NCBI GenBank assembly: GCA_016193335.1
Contig: JACPSK010000001.1
Location: 585,440 to 649,439 of the forward strand
Length of the DNA stretch: 64,000 nucleotides
Source: Candidatus Magasanikiibacteriota bacterium
Lineage (GTDB): Bacteria; Patescibacteriota; Patescibacteriia; Magasanikbacterales; UBA922
Direction: 5' to 3'
Positions 1-9,231 of the stretch are shown here, piece by piece. Below the pieces are notes generated by a model. The model had not been told where the DNA came from, made no database searches, and saw nothing but the letters and a program-made list of their open reading frames with translations. The position numbers were made by a program, and so were the translations under genes. Every line of letters begins with the position of its first letter. Within the stretch, counting starts at the first letter, position 1.

Positions 1-149
1 TTTTTCCCCACAACAAAGCCAATTTTTAAATCTTCCGGCTTGTAAGATCTACGAGGGTATTTATTTGGATCAATTTTCCAAATTTTCAAATCAAGCAACC
101 GACCTCCAAAAAATCGCCCCTCTTTAAAGAGAATTTCAAAATCTTTCAT
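1..149 (-). CDS. rnpA: Ribonuclease P protein component RnpA, N-terminal part (gene continues beyond the window start)
   Basis: Minus-strand ATG at 147-149. The translation MKDFEILFKEGRFFGGRLLDLKIWKIDPNKYPRRSYKPEDLKIGFVVGKK has the RnpA basic pattern ending in GxxVxKK, and the gene lies immediately downstream of rpmH in the conserved rpmH-rnpA operon order. Confidence 0.6.
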   Translation of the reverse strand, partial: MKDFEILFKEGRFFGGRLLDLKIWKIDPNKYPRRSYKPEDLKIGFVVGK

Positions 150-313
150 GTGTTTTAGGCGCAATTCCTTCGGAATCATACCGTTTCTTAAAAATTACCA
201 GATCCTCAAATATTTTCACCCAAATCCCTAAGAATTTGAGTATACCATAGGGCACAAAAAACCCGCGCATACGATAAGGCGGGCAGGACAAAATTAGGCT
301 AACTTCAGCAAAA

Positions 314-490
314 TTATCTCGTTTTTCTCAATCTCTTTCCTGACCTTTGGTCGCTCACGGTCAATTTTTTCCTTGCCTTGGCTCTGCGACGCTTAAGAAC
401 ATCGCGACCGGTTTTGGTCTGCATTCTCTCTCTAAATCCATGAGTTTTGGCTCTTTTTCTCTTTTTTGGCTGGTAAGTCCGTTTTGGCAT
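314..490 (-). CDS. rpmH: 50S ribosomal protein L34
   Basis: Minus-strand ORF below the 60-aa cutoff of the ORF track: [47 protein letters not shown]... This is the classical L34 sequence (MKRTFQPS..RKRTHGFRARM..GR.VL.RRRAKGRKRL), in the canonical position upstream of dnaA. Confidence 0.85.
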   Translation of the reverse strand: MPKRTYQPKKRKRAKTHGFRERMQTKTGRDVLKRRRAKARKKLTVSDQRSGKRLRKTR

Positions 491-689
491 ATGATACCCA
501 AAATTTTATGAAAAACGACGTCTGAACTTTATAATCAAAGGATGATTCACTCTTAAACGGGATTAAGTATATATAAATTACTTATATATGTCAATAGAAA
601 CCGTTCAATAAAATATACTTGATTTTTATTCCGCAATGGTATAAAACCAATTCATCCATGGCCGACCTTTTGAAGGGATAGGCCATTAC

Positions 690-719
690 TTATCCACAGA
701 ATCCACAGTCTTTCCACAC
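690..719 (+). promoter_or_regulatory. DnaA-box cluster upstream of dnaA (oriC / dnaA autoregulatory region)
   Basis: TTATCCACA (690-698, perfect consensus), AATCCACAG (700-708) and TTTCCACAC (711-719) lie back-to-back in the AT-rich rpmH-dnaA intergenic region. Confidence 0.7.
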
Positions 720-825
720 ATTACACACCACCACTCTATATCGAGTGTTTAGAAGGGTATTGTTGTATGCTACAATGTAACAACGGCCTGAAAAATTAAA
801 AAAGCATAAGGTACCCAATTGAGCT

Positions 826-2208
826 ATGACAAACTACGAAATCTGGCAAGCTGTCCTCGCTGAGTTTGAGCTCAAACTTTCAAAAGCAAACTTCACGACG
901 TGGTTTAGCAGTACAGGCATTGCCAAATTTGAAAAAGGCGAAGTAATCATTTGCGTACCAAATGCCTTCACCAAAAGTTGGCTTGAAAAAAAATACCATT
1001 CCGGTGTAATAAAATCCCTTGAAGAGATAACGGGAAAACCGGTCCGCAAAATTGATTACACAGTGGAAAGTATAAAAAACATAGATGAGCACGAATGTAC
1101 AATCGGCAAAGAAACGAACGTATCCACTTCCAAAACTCCTCTTTACTCACCCCAACTTAAAACGAATGTTCCTCAAAAATTTGGATTGAACGCCCATTAT
1201 ATTTTTGAAAACTTCATTGTGGGCAAAGGCAACGAATTGGCTCACGCCGCCGCCCAAGCTGTGGCCCAACGTCCGGGACAAGCTTACAATCCTCTGTTTA
1301 TCTACGGAGGCGTGGGACTTGGCAAAACCCATCTTTTACAGGCAATAGGCCAGGCCATGCTCAATTCCAACCCCCAGACCAAAATTCTTTATGTAAGCTC
1401 TGAAAAATTTACCAACGAGTTCGTGGCCTCTATCAAGGAGGGAAGAGCGAAAGAATTTAAAGATAAATACAGAAATGTAGATCTTCTCCTCATCGATGAT
1501 ATCCAATTTATCGGGGGAAAGGAACAAACTCAAGAAGAATTCTTTCATACTTTCAACGAACTTCACCAACAAGGAAAACAGGTCGTTATGACCAGTGACA
1601 GACCCCCCAAAGCAATACCGGCGCTTGAAGATCGCCTGCGAAGCAGATTTGAATGGGGAATGATTGCTGATATTTCCACTCCTGATCTTGAAACCCGTGT
1701 CGCCATTTTGCAATCAAAGGCACAAGAAAAAAATTTCGAATTAGATTCTGAAGTCCTTACCACAATCGCCACAAGCATACAAAGCAATATCAGAGAGTTG
1801 GAAGGCGCTCTTAACAAGGTTATAGCCTATCATCATCTCAAAAATCTCCAGCCCACAAAACAGTCAATAAAACACATTCTGGCCAGTTTTGAAGAACAAA
1901 ATATGCGCCGCTCGGTGACTCCCCGAGAACTTATTTCAGAAGTCTCCATTTTCTATGATATTGGAATCGAAGATGTGTTGGGAAAGAGCAGAGAAAAGCG
2001 TCTTGCCTTTCCAAGACAAATAATCATGTATCTGATGAGAGAGGAATTAAAACTCTCCTACCCGGCCATTGGAGACGAACTTGGCGGACGCGATCACACC
2101 ACGGCCATGCATGCCCACACCAAAATCATTTCAAACATTGAAAATGATCTAAAATTAAAACAAGACATCGACATGATCAAACAGCGGCTCTATACACAAA
2201 ATATGTAA
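826..2208 (+). CDS. dnaA: Chromosomal replication initiator protein DnaA
   Basis: 460-aa ORF with Walker A GGVGLGKTHLL, the AAA+ sensor LLIDDIQF, and a C-terminal DnaA-box-binding domain (RQIIMYLMREELKLSYPAIGDELGGRDHTTAMHAH). Confidence 0.97.
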   Translation: MTNYEIWQAVLAEFELKLSKANFTTWFSSTGIAKFEKGEVIICVPNAFTKSWLEKKYHSGVIKSLEEITGKPVRKIDYTVESIKNIDEHECTIGKETNVSTSKTPLYSPQLKTNVPQKFGLNAHYIFENFIVGKGNELAHAAAQAVAQRPGQAYNPLFIYGGVGLGKTHLLQAIGQAMLNSNPQTKILYVSSEKFTNEFVASIKEGRAKEFKDKYRNVDLLLIDDIQFIGGKEQTQEEFFHTFNELHQQGKQVVMTSDRPPKAIPALEDRLRSRFEWGMIADISTPDLETRVAILQSKAQEKNFELDSEVLTTIATSIQSNIRELEGALNKVIAYHHLKNLQPTKQSIKHILASFEEQNMRRSVTPRELISEVSIFYDIGIEDVLGKSREKRLAFPRQIIMYLMREELKLSYPAIGDELGGRDHTTAMHAHTKIISNIENDLKLKQDIDMIKQRLYTQNM

Positions 2209-2454
2209 AACCTGGGCATAAGCTGTCTAAAACCAAAAAAAAATCTGTTCATAAAAACAAAAGGTATACACACAAAATCAACAAACAATTCCAAACAAAA
2301 AAAATCACACACACATTAAACAAAAATATCCCCACAAATTGTTTAAAAAAAAAGAAGAAAAATTATCTTAACTGAGCCTTTTAAAAAATTTATCCACCGT
2401 ATTCACAGCCCTTATTATATATTACTACTATTTTAAAATTAAATAATATAATAT
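2209..2454 (+). promoter_or_regulatory. dnaA-dnaN intergenic AT-rich region with a DnaA box (candidate oriC DNA-unwinding element)
   Basis: Very AT-rich with poly-A runs. TTATCCACC at 2389-2397 is followed by a short TA-only stretch immediately 5' of dnaN. This matches the classical bipartite oriC layout. Confidence 0.55.
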
Positions 2455-3588
2455 ATGAAATTCATCTGCACCAAAGAAAATCTTATCAGGGCTTTGAATG
2501 TTGTGAGTCCTTTAGCGGGAAAACAAAGCAATCTGCCCATCTTGGATAATATTCTCATACAGGCAAAAGGTTCCCTTATAGAACTATATTCAACCAATCT
2601 TGAGTCAGCAATAAAAACAAGCTCCAGGGCGCGGGTAGAGAAAGAAGGAAGTTTTACCGTACCGGCAAAAACACTCACTGAATATGTTCACCTCCTAAAT
2701 GAGGAACAGGTTGAAGTGACCGTTGATGGAAATGAGTTGTTGATTGTTTGCGGCAGTTCAAGTACAAAAATAAAAGGAACTTCTTCCGATGAATACCCCG
2801 TGATACCGGAATTGGGAGAGCATCAAATTTTTTCTTTTGATTTGGCTTCTTTCAAAAACGCTTTGGCTCGAGTGGTTATAGCTGTGGCAAAAAATGAAAT
2901 ACGTCCCGAATTGTCCGGATTGTATTTTGGATTTGGAATGGAACATTATCCCGAGGGTTTGGTTTTGGCAGCCACGGATTCCTATCGCTTGGCTGAATCA
3001 AAAATACCTTTTAAAAAAAGAGAGAATGGAGACATCTCGAGTATTGTCCCCGCAAGGGTGGTACAGGAGATAATACGTTTACTTTCTTTGGCAGAAAGAG
3101 AGGCAAGCCCGGGAGAAGATCCTCAGTTGTTAATTAGTAAAAACCAGATCGCTTTGCATTTTTTCGGTACACAATTAATAGCCCGTTTGGTGGAAGGAAC
3201 CTATCCTGATTATGTTCAGATAATACCTAAAAATTTTAAGACAAGAGCCGTCGTGCCAGTGGATATAATGATAAACAAAATAAAAGCTGCGAGTCTTTTT
3301 AGCGCCAGTGGTATAAATGCGGTATCTTTTGATTTGAATGTCTCAAATAAAACAATGGGTATTTCCTCAATGAGCAGTCAAACCGGTGAACACAGCTCAG
3401 AAATAGAAAGTGAGTTGGAAGGTGAAGAAAATTCCATTTTACTTAACTTTCGTTATGTACTGGACGGTTTGCAGCATATGCCAGGAGAAACCATCTTTTT
3501 TGGAGTAAACAGCGGGGAGAGTCCCTGTGTGCTTAGACCCTCCAAAGAAGACGGCTACACATACGTGGTAATGCCAATAAGGAAATAG
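2455..3588 (+). CDS. dnaN: DNA polymerase III beta sliding clamp
   Basis: 377 aa with typical DnaN architecture (MKF.C.KE.L...L..V...) directly after dnaA. Confidence 0.95.
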   Translation: MKFICTKENLIRALNVVSPLAGKQSNLPILDNILIQAKGSLIELYSTNLESAIKTSSRARVEKEGSFTVPAKTLTEYVHLLNEEQVEVTVDGNELLIVCGSSSTKIKGTSSDEYPVIPELGEHQIFSFDLASFKNALARVVIAVAKNEIRPELSGLYFGFGMEHYPEGLVLAATDSYRLAESKIPFKKRENGDISSIVPARVVQEIIRLLSLAEREASPGEDPQLLISKNQIALHFFGTQLIARLVEGTYPDYVQIIPKNFKTRAVVPVDIMINKIKAASLFSASGINAVSFDLNVSNKTMGISSMSSQTGEHSSEIESELEGEENSILLNFRYVLDGLQHMPGETIFFGVNSGESPCVLRPSKEDGYTYVVMPIRK

Positions 3589-3611
3589 AAGATAAGCATC
3601 AAAATTTGAGA

Positions 3612-3640
3612 AAAAAGATCCTCTATAAGGATCTTTTTTA
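3612..3640 (+). terminator. Rho-independent terminator after dnaN
   Basis: Hairpin AAAAGATCCTCTATAAGGATCTTTT followed by a T run. Confidence 0.6.
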
Positions 3641-3779
3641 GCAATTTATAGTTTCTATCTAGCGTCTCTTTGGCCTGTGGCCGGTTAGAATAATTCTTTC
3701 TCATTTGTTAGCAAACTCTGGCTTAATCCTTACGCTGATAAATGGTGGAGGAAATATAAAAAGGAGGAGCTTAATCATA

Positions 3780-6665
3780 CTAAAGTATGGAAATTTTAAT
3801 TCGATCACTTTCTTTTGTAGTGCCGTCTTTGAGTTCTATGTAAGCCACCAAATCCCAAGTGCCGGAAAGTTCAGGAGCCTCTTTCCATGAAAAAAGGATC
3901 TGGTTGTCAAACAGCGAATCTGCGGGATTTTTTATGGTTTCTAGGTTCCATTCAAGTAGGTTGCTTTCTTCTTGTTGGATTTGGGCTTTAATGATTATAT
4001 TCGCGATTTGATCCAGTTTCACATGCCGTAAAGTGAGTGAATGCGGGAAAGTACTTTTGTTTAAAGATTGGGGCGGGTTATTCCAGAAAACACCCGGTTT
4101 ATGTTCTTCGGCCTCAAGAATAAAGATGATATCTTCGTTAATTTGGTTTCCTACGTCGTCTTCCACAAGGATACTAAGGATATGTTGCCCGGGGTTTAAG
4201 TCTGCCGCAAAATAATGTAAGTTGAAAGGATGTTCGCGAACCACGCCCACATAGACCCTGTCTATTTTATAGGTTACTTTTGTCACCCCTCTTGGTGCGC
4301 TTACGCGGATGTCGGTATCTATTTGTCGTGAATAAATACTTGAACTTGCTGAAGGATATACGACGGTGAGAGTAGGAATGAGATCAAGAGAGTGCTGATC
4401 ATCAAATTCAGTAGGCGGATCCTCCAGACTTACTTCCCACTCTGGGTTTTCTTCTTTTTTTCTTTTAATCCAGTCTTGGATTGCTTGTTCCCATATTGTG
4501 TATTGTGGGTCATCCTCAGGTTTTTCCGGAGCAGGCCCTTGTGGGTCGTCTTTTATGACATAGTGTAGAATACTATGGGGGAGCAAATACCTGCGTTCTG
4601 TGATATATTTTTCCGGTGTCGAGCTGGTAGCCAATTTCCCGGTTACTTTGTCTATTAAGAGCGTAATAGAACCGCCCGTTGTTCCTTTCAGGACAGGTTT
4701 TTCACTGTTATTTGAAGGGGGGGAAGGAAAATATTCCACGGGGCTATTCTTTAAGGCTTCGCGCATAAATTCGTTCCAGACTGGCGCTGCGACTCCGCTT
4801 CCTCCGAAGCCGCGCGACATTGGAGAATTATTGGTATTTCCGGCCCAAACTGCGGTGGCAAGACTGGGTGTATAGCCAATAGTCCAGGCGTCCACATAAC
4901 TGTTTGTGGTTCCTGTTTTGGTAGCTACCGGTCTCCCCGGCAAAGTTAGCAAACTACCAGCGCCAAAAATATAAGCACGGGCTGCGTCATCACTCAAGAC
5001 GTTGGAGATAGAAGAGGCCGCCTCTTTTGAAATGACTTGGTCTCCATGTTTTTTTTTCCATTCTTGGAGGTTTTTCCCATCTCTATCCTCTACGCGCAAT
5101 ATACTGATCGGGTCATCATACCTAACTCCATTGTTTGCGAACACGGCAAAAGCATTCGCATGTTCCAGCATGTTCACTTCGCCACCTCCTAAGACCAATG
5201 AAAGGCCCACGGTGTCTTTGTTGAAAGTGTTGTAACCAAGTTTTTGGGCAAAGGAAATAGCTTGTTCAATGCCTACCAGATAGAGCGTTTTTACGGCAAC
5301 GATATTAAGAGAACCTTGTAAAGCCTGGCGCATGGTAACAGGTCCATGTTCTGTGAGATCATAATTGCGTGGTTCATAAGATGTTCCTGAAACCGCAAAG
5401 TTAGTTATCACATCAAATAAGATTGTTTCAGGAGTGTATCCTTTATTAAAGGCCGCCGCGTAGATTATTGGTTTGATCGAAGAGCCTGGTTGTCTGCGCG
5501 CCATGGTAACCACATCGAATTTTCCTTTGATTGATTCATCAAAAAAATCTTTTGAACCGACCAGACTGAGTATTTGGTTTGTCTTGGGGTCAATCGCCAC
5601 GAGAGCGATATTGTCTGCCCCCGCCTTTTTGAGAAGTTCATCGGTTTTTTCTACAGCTTGTTCTGCTATATTTTGTTTTTCCCAATCCAAAGTGGTTATT
5701 ACTTTCAGACCGCCGGTGTCCACTAGCGCTTCTCCGTATTCTTTTACAAGAAGTTTTCTTACATATAGCACAAAATGTGGAGCTTTAATGTTTGTGAACT
5801 GTTCTTTTATATTCAATTCTTCGGTTTGAGCTTGTTCTGCTTCTTCTTTGCTTATGTACCCTTCATCTTTCATTCGGCCTAGGACAAAATTCCGTCTGTT
5901 TTTGAGAGCTTCAGAATTATTGAGATAAGTGCTTGGAGCTTTGGGCAAACCTGCCAAAGTGGCGGCTTCCGAAAGCGTCACTTCTGATACATGTTTACCA
6001 AAATAGCTTTGAGACGCCGATTCTACGCCGTAGTTGGTTGAACCGTAGGGTATCTCATTGAAATAAATTTTAAGTATCTGATCTTTCGTATATTTTTGTT
6101 CCAAGCGAATTGATAGAATGGCTTCCTTTATTTTTCTTGAAATGGTTCTCTCGTTCGTAAGTATGGCGTTTTTTACCAGTTGCTGGGTGAGGGTGGAAGA
6201 TCCGCCGACTCTTTTTTTGGTAAAAATTCCGTATACGAAACCACGAATGATGCTTAGAGGCCGTATACCTTTATGTTCGTAAAATTTGGTGTCCTCAGTA
6301 GCTATTACTCCTTGTATTAAATATTCAGGTATTTCATTGAGTTCAACCAGGGTGCGTTTTTCATCGGCGAATATCTCGTATAAGAGATGTTCTCCCGTGC
6401 GATCGTAAATTTTTGTGCTTTGAGCGACTTGTCTGTCGGTGAGTTTGTCGGGATTTGGGAGATCACGGCTGATCCAAGCCACATAGATGGTGCTGAATAA
6501 AGAAACAAAAATAAGAGACATGAGTGTCCACTTTATGAATTTTTGTTTTGACGGGATGAATCTGAAACCGGCCTGCCTCGGAGAATTTCTGTATTTTTTG
6601 TTGTTGTCCTTCCCTGTGTTTCCTAGATATCCGTAAGAGCGTTTTTTCAGCGGGTGTATGGGCAT
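3780..6665 (-). CDS. Class A penicillin-binding protein (bifunctional GT51 transglycosylase / transpeptidase, PBP1A-like) with a long C-terminal extension
   Basis: N-terminal TM segment. GT51 motifs GGSTLTQQLVKN and RKIKEA. Transpeptidase SxxK (SSIKP), SLN and KTGT motifs. 961 aa. Confidence 0.9.
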   Translation of the reverse strand: MPIHPLKKRSYGYLGNTGKDNNKKYRNSPRQAGFRFIPSKQKFIKWTLMSLIFVSLFSTIYVAWISRDLPNPDKLTDRQVAQSTKIYDRTGEHLLYEIFADEKRTLVELNEIPEYLIQGVIATEDTKFYEHKGIRPLSIIRGFVYGIFTKKRVGGSSTLTQQLVKNAILTNERTISRKIKEAILSIRLEQKYTKDQILKIYFNEIPYGSTNYGVESASQSYFGKHVSEVTLSEAATLAGLPKAPSTYLNNSEALKNRRNFVLGRMKDEGYISKEEAEQAQTEELNIKEQFTNIKAPHFVLYVRKLLVKEYGEALVDTGGLKVITTLDWEKQNIAEQAVEKTDELLKKAGADNIALVAIDPKTNQILSLVGSKDFFDESIKGKFDVVTMARRQPGSSIKPIIYAAAFNKGYTPETILFDVITNFAVSGTSYEPRNYDLTEHGPVTMRQALQGSLNIVAVKTLYLVGIEQAISFAQKLGYNTFNKDTVGLSLVLGGGEVNMLEHANAFAVFANNGVRYDDPISILRVEDRDGKNLQEWKKKHGDQVISKEAASSISNVLSDDAARAYIFGAGSLLTLPGRPVATKTGTTNSYVDAWTIGYTPSLATAVWAGNTNNSPMSRGFGGSGVAAPVWNEFMREALKNSPVEYFPSPPSNNSEKPVLKGTTGGSITLLIDKVTGKLATSSTPEKYITERRYLLPHSILHYVIKDDPQGPAPEKPEDDPQYTIWEQAIQDWIKRKKEENPEWEVSLEDPPTEFDDQHSLDLIPTLTVVYPSASSSIYSRQIDTDIRVSAPRGVTKVTYKIDRVYVGVVREHPFNLHYFAADLNPGQHILSILVEDDVGNQINEDIIFILEAEEHKPGVFWNNPPQSLNKSTFPHSLTLRHVKLDQIANIIIKAQIQQEESNLLEWNLETIKNPADSLFDNQILFSWKEAPELSGTWDLVAYIELKDGTTKESDRIKISIL

Positions 6666-6739
6666 TTTTTGGCTTTTTTTAGATAAAAAAGTGTTTGTTT
6701 AGCGTTTAGTATATACAGTATATTCAGTAGTGTACCATA

Positions 6740-7396
6740 TTGACATCGTCTGGAAAATATGCTATTATTCTTGGTTATTTTATGGCGGCCAAATTGACCA
6801 TTTGGCCTTGCGGTAGTATACTATCGCTCGCCTTATTTCTACATATGAAACAGAAAAAAAACCACAGGATTTTACAAGGCTCTATATTTAATGTAGTCAT
6901 GTCTTTGGTAGTAGGTTTTAGCCTTTTTCCCCGTAGCGTTTTTGCCACAGGTTTGGGTTCTTTTATGAGTACTTTTTCTGGCTTTTTTGTCGAAAACAGT
7001 GCAGCGGCGGTTGTTTCTAAGTCTACTTTTCCTCAGATGGCCGATGTAGAGCCTGTTTATGAAATGTGGGTTTTGGCCACTGCGTATTCAAGCGATGTGT
7101 GGCAGACCGATTCAACTCCGTGCAAACCAGCCATGCAGAATTTTGACCTTTGTGAACACTTCAAGCTGTACGGTGTGGCGGATACTATAGCCGCAAATTT
7201 TTTGCCTTTGGGCAAACGCGTTGAATTTATTGACGCCGGGAAATTTGGTCTTGCTGACTCTCAATATGTCGTTCGTGATCGCATGAATGGGAAATATAAT
7301 GGTACCGTACGCATAGACGTATGGATGCCTACTTATGAAGAGGCAAAACTGTTTGGCGCCCGATGGATAAAAATGAAGGTATACCCTTACAAATAA
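6740..7396 (+). CDS. 3D-domain (MltA-like double-psi beta-barrel) cell-wall protein with an N-terminal TM/signal segment; the true start may be the internal Met near 6845
   Basis: C-terminal ATAYSSDVWQTD...GVADTIAANFLPLGKRVEFIDAG...VVRDRMNGKYNGTVRIDVWMPTYEEAKLFG matches the 3D domain with its three conserved Asp positions. Confidence 0.65.
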   Translation: MTSSGKYAIILGYFMAAKLTIWPCGSILSLALFLHMKQKKNHRILQGSIFNVVMSLVVGFSLFPRSVFATGLGSFMSTFSGFFVENSAAAVVSKSTFPQMADVEPVYEMWVLATAYSSDVWQTDSTPCKPAMQNFDLCEHFKLYGVADTIAANFLPLGKRVEFIDAGKFGLADSQYVVRDRMNGKYNGTVRIDVWMPTYEEAKLFGARWIKMKVYPYK

Positions 7397-7424
7397 AAAA
7401 GACCCGGGAAACCGGGTTTTTTTA
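7394..7424. terminator. Bidirectional stem-loop terminator
   Basis: AAAAAAGACCCGGGAAACCCGGGTTTTTTT sits between the 3D-domain gene and the convergent tRNA-Cys. Confidence 0.6.
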
Positions 7425-7432
7425 AATTCATG

Positions 7433-7504
7433 AGGTACCGGTGGGAATCGAACCCACGAATAGAGGTTTTGCAGACCTCTGCCTTACCGCTTGGCTACGG
7501 TACC
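7433..7504 (-). tRNA. tRNA-Cys (GCA)
   Basis: The reverse complement folds as a cloverleaf: acceptor GGTACCG/CGGTACC, anticodon loop CTGCAAA, T-loop TTCGATT, U73 discriminator. CCA is not encoded. Confidence 0.85.
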
Positions 7505-7834
7505 ATTTTTGTAGATTCTTCTCGTAATAGAGTCCTATTTGCTTGTCAGGTTTTTTATTAAAGAATATGTAGGATATTTCCATCTTAAGATATCTTGTGA
7601 GCAGTGTTCTATGGCATTTATTGGTAAAGGCAGACTTGTTTGTTCTGTTGGTAGAGTTTCCTCAGCTTATCATGTATTTTAGTTGATTTCAAGCTCCAGT
7701 GCCGGTTATACCAGGGTAATCCTCCTCGGCCCGAATCTCTCTTAATTTTATTTTAAGTTTTTTGAATTAAAATACATGTCTTGCCACACATTGTTGACAG
7801 CGGTTGATGAATAGAGGATAATAAAGCTTCGAAT

Positions 7835-9226
7835 ATGCATGTTCGATATCTTTTTTACAAGATCCTCTTGTATGTACTTAAGTCCTTTGTTTATTTGAAA
7901 CGAGGCCTTTTTTTTGTTCTCACTAAAATCTGGCGGAGTTTACTGTATATTAATATAAAATACAGTAAAAGTTTGGGGTTTTATTTGTATAAGATATTTT
8001 TTTACATAAACAGATTTGTCAAAAAAAATATTTTACTTCATAAACATGCGCCAATAGAGCTTTTAAGCCAGCGCGCCTTTCTCCAATTTTTTCTTTTTTT
8101 GGTTGTTTTTATCATTATGATTCCTCATAGTAAACTGTATACCAAAGAATATGACTATGTGCCGGGGCGACGGACCTTGTTGTATCAGCTCGTCGGCCCG
8201 GGAGAATCCGACTTTGACACAGAAGAACTTGCCGGGGATATCTCTTTTATCGAGTCGTCTGGCGTTACCGGTTTGTGGAAAGAGGGCGCGGTAGTAGCAA
8301 GGCCAGGACAGTCTGGCGATGAAAAAATTGATGAATCTTTGCAGGAGATTTCAGGGGTTAGCGTGGGAGGAAGCGCGGTGACAAAACCTATCATAGCCCC
8401 CGGAGCTGGTGTTGATTTTAGTTCAGACACCGTTGAAGTGGCAAAACGTAGCTCTGTGATAATCTATGAAGTAAAATCCGGAGATTTGGTGTCTAGAATA
8501 GCCGAGTTTTATGGTATAAGTGTGGATACCATTCTCTGGGCTAATGGACTTTCGGCCAGATCTTATATCCGTCCAGGAGACGCATTAAAGATACTTCCGG
8601 CGGATGGAGTTTTGCATGTGGTTAAATCCGGTAATACGATATCTGGTATTGCCAAGACTTATGGGGCAAAGGCTGAAGATATTGTAAAATTTAATAAACT
8701 CCAATTAGACGGATCTGACATCGTGGTTGGAGAAGAACTCATAATTCCCGGAGGAAAGAAACAAGAATCAGCTAGCCGCTACGTCCAAGTTACGCCTCAA
8801 CAGTTGGCCGCCAGAAATAAAGTAGTGGCTCCGCCTCCTTCTATTTCAGCTCCCGCGGGTTCAGGCTATATCTGGCCGGCCGCCGCTCGGTATATTACTC
8901 AGTACTATGGTTTGAGACACACGGGACTCGATATCGCCGGAGACACGGGAGTGCCGGTTTACGCGTCCAAGTCTGGCACAGTGGTGAAATCCGCTTGCGG
9001 CTGGAACGGAGGCTATGGGTGTTACATCATTTTGGATCATGGCAATGGTATCCAAACCTTGTACGCCCACAATTCACAATTATTTGTATCTGAAGGTCAA
9101 GCAGTATCTCAGGGCCAAACCATTTCTCTGATTGGGTCTACCGGACGCTCCACCGGTCCTCATGTGCATTTCGAGGTGAGAGCCAGTGGCAGACGTCTTA
9201 ATCCTCTCCGTTACGTGAGGCAGTAA
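7835..9226 (+). CDS. LysM-repeat / M23 family peptidoglycan endopeptidase (start codon uncertain; the first ~90 codons of the listed ORF are probably not coding)
   Basis: Two LysM motifs (YEVKSGDLVSRIAEFYGISVDTILWANGL and HVVKSGNTISGIAKTYGAKAEDIVKFNKL). M23 catalytic motifs HTGLDIAG and GPHVHFEVR. A TM helix precedes them. Confidence 0.85.
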   Translation: MHVRYLFYKILLYVLKSFVYLKRGLFFVLTKIWRSLLYINIKYSKSLGFYLYKIFFYINRFVKKNILLHKHAPIELLSQRAFLQFFLFLVVFIIMIPHSKLYTKEYDYVPGRRTLLYQLVGPGESDFDTEELAGDISFIESSGVTGLWKEGAVVARPGQSGDEKIDESLQEISGVSVGGSAVTKPIIAPGAGVDFSSDTVEVAKRSSVIIYEVKSGDLVSRIAEFYGISVDTILWANGLSARSYIRPGDALKILPADGVLHVVKSGNTISGIAKTYGAKAEDIVKFNKLQLDGSDIVVGEELIIPGGKKQESASRYVQVTPQQLAARNKVVAPPPSISAPAGSGYIWPAAARYITQYYGLRHTGLDIAGDTGVPVYASKSGTVVKSACGWNGGYGCYIILDHGNGIQTLYAHNSQLFVSEGQAVSQGQTISLIGSTGRSTGPHVHFEVRASGRRLNPLRYVRQ

Positions 9227-9231
9227 TGTGT

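Noticed and set aside
834-1817. Several 60-125-aa minus-strand ORFs inside dnaA
   Set aside because: They lie on the antisense strand of a highly conserved gene and have no features.
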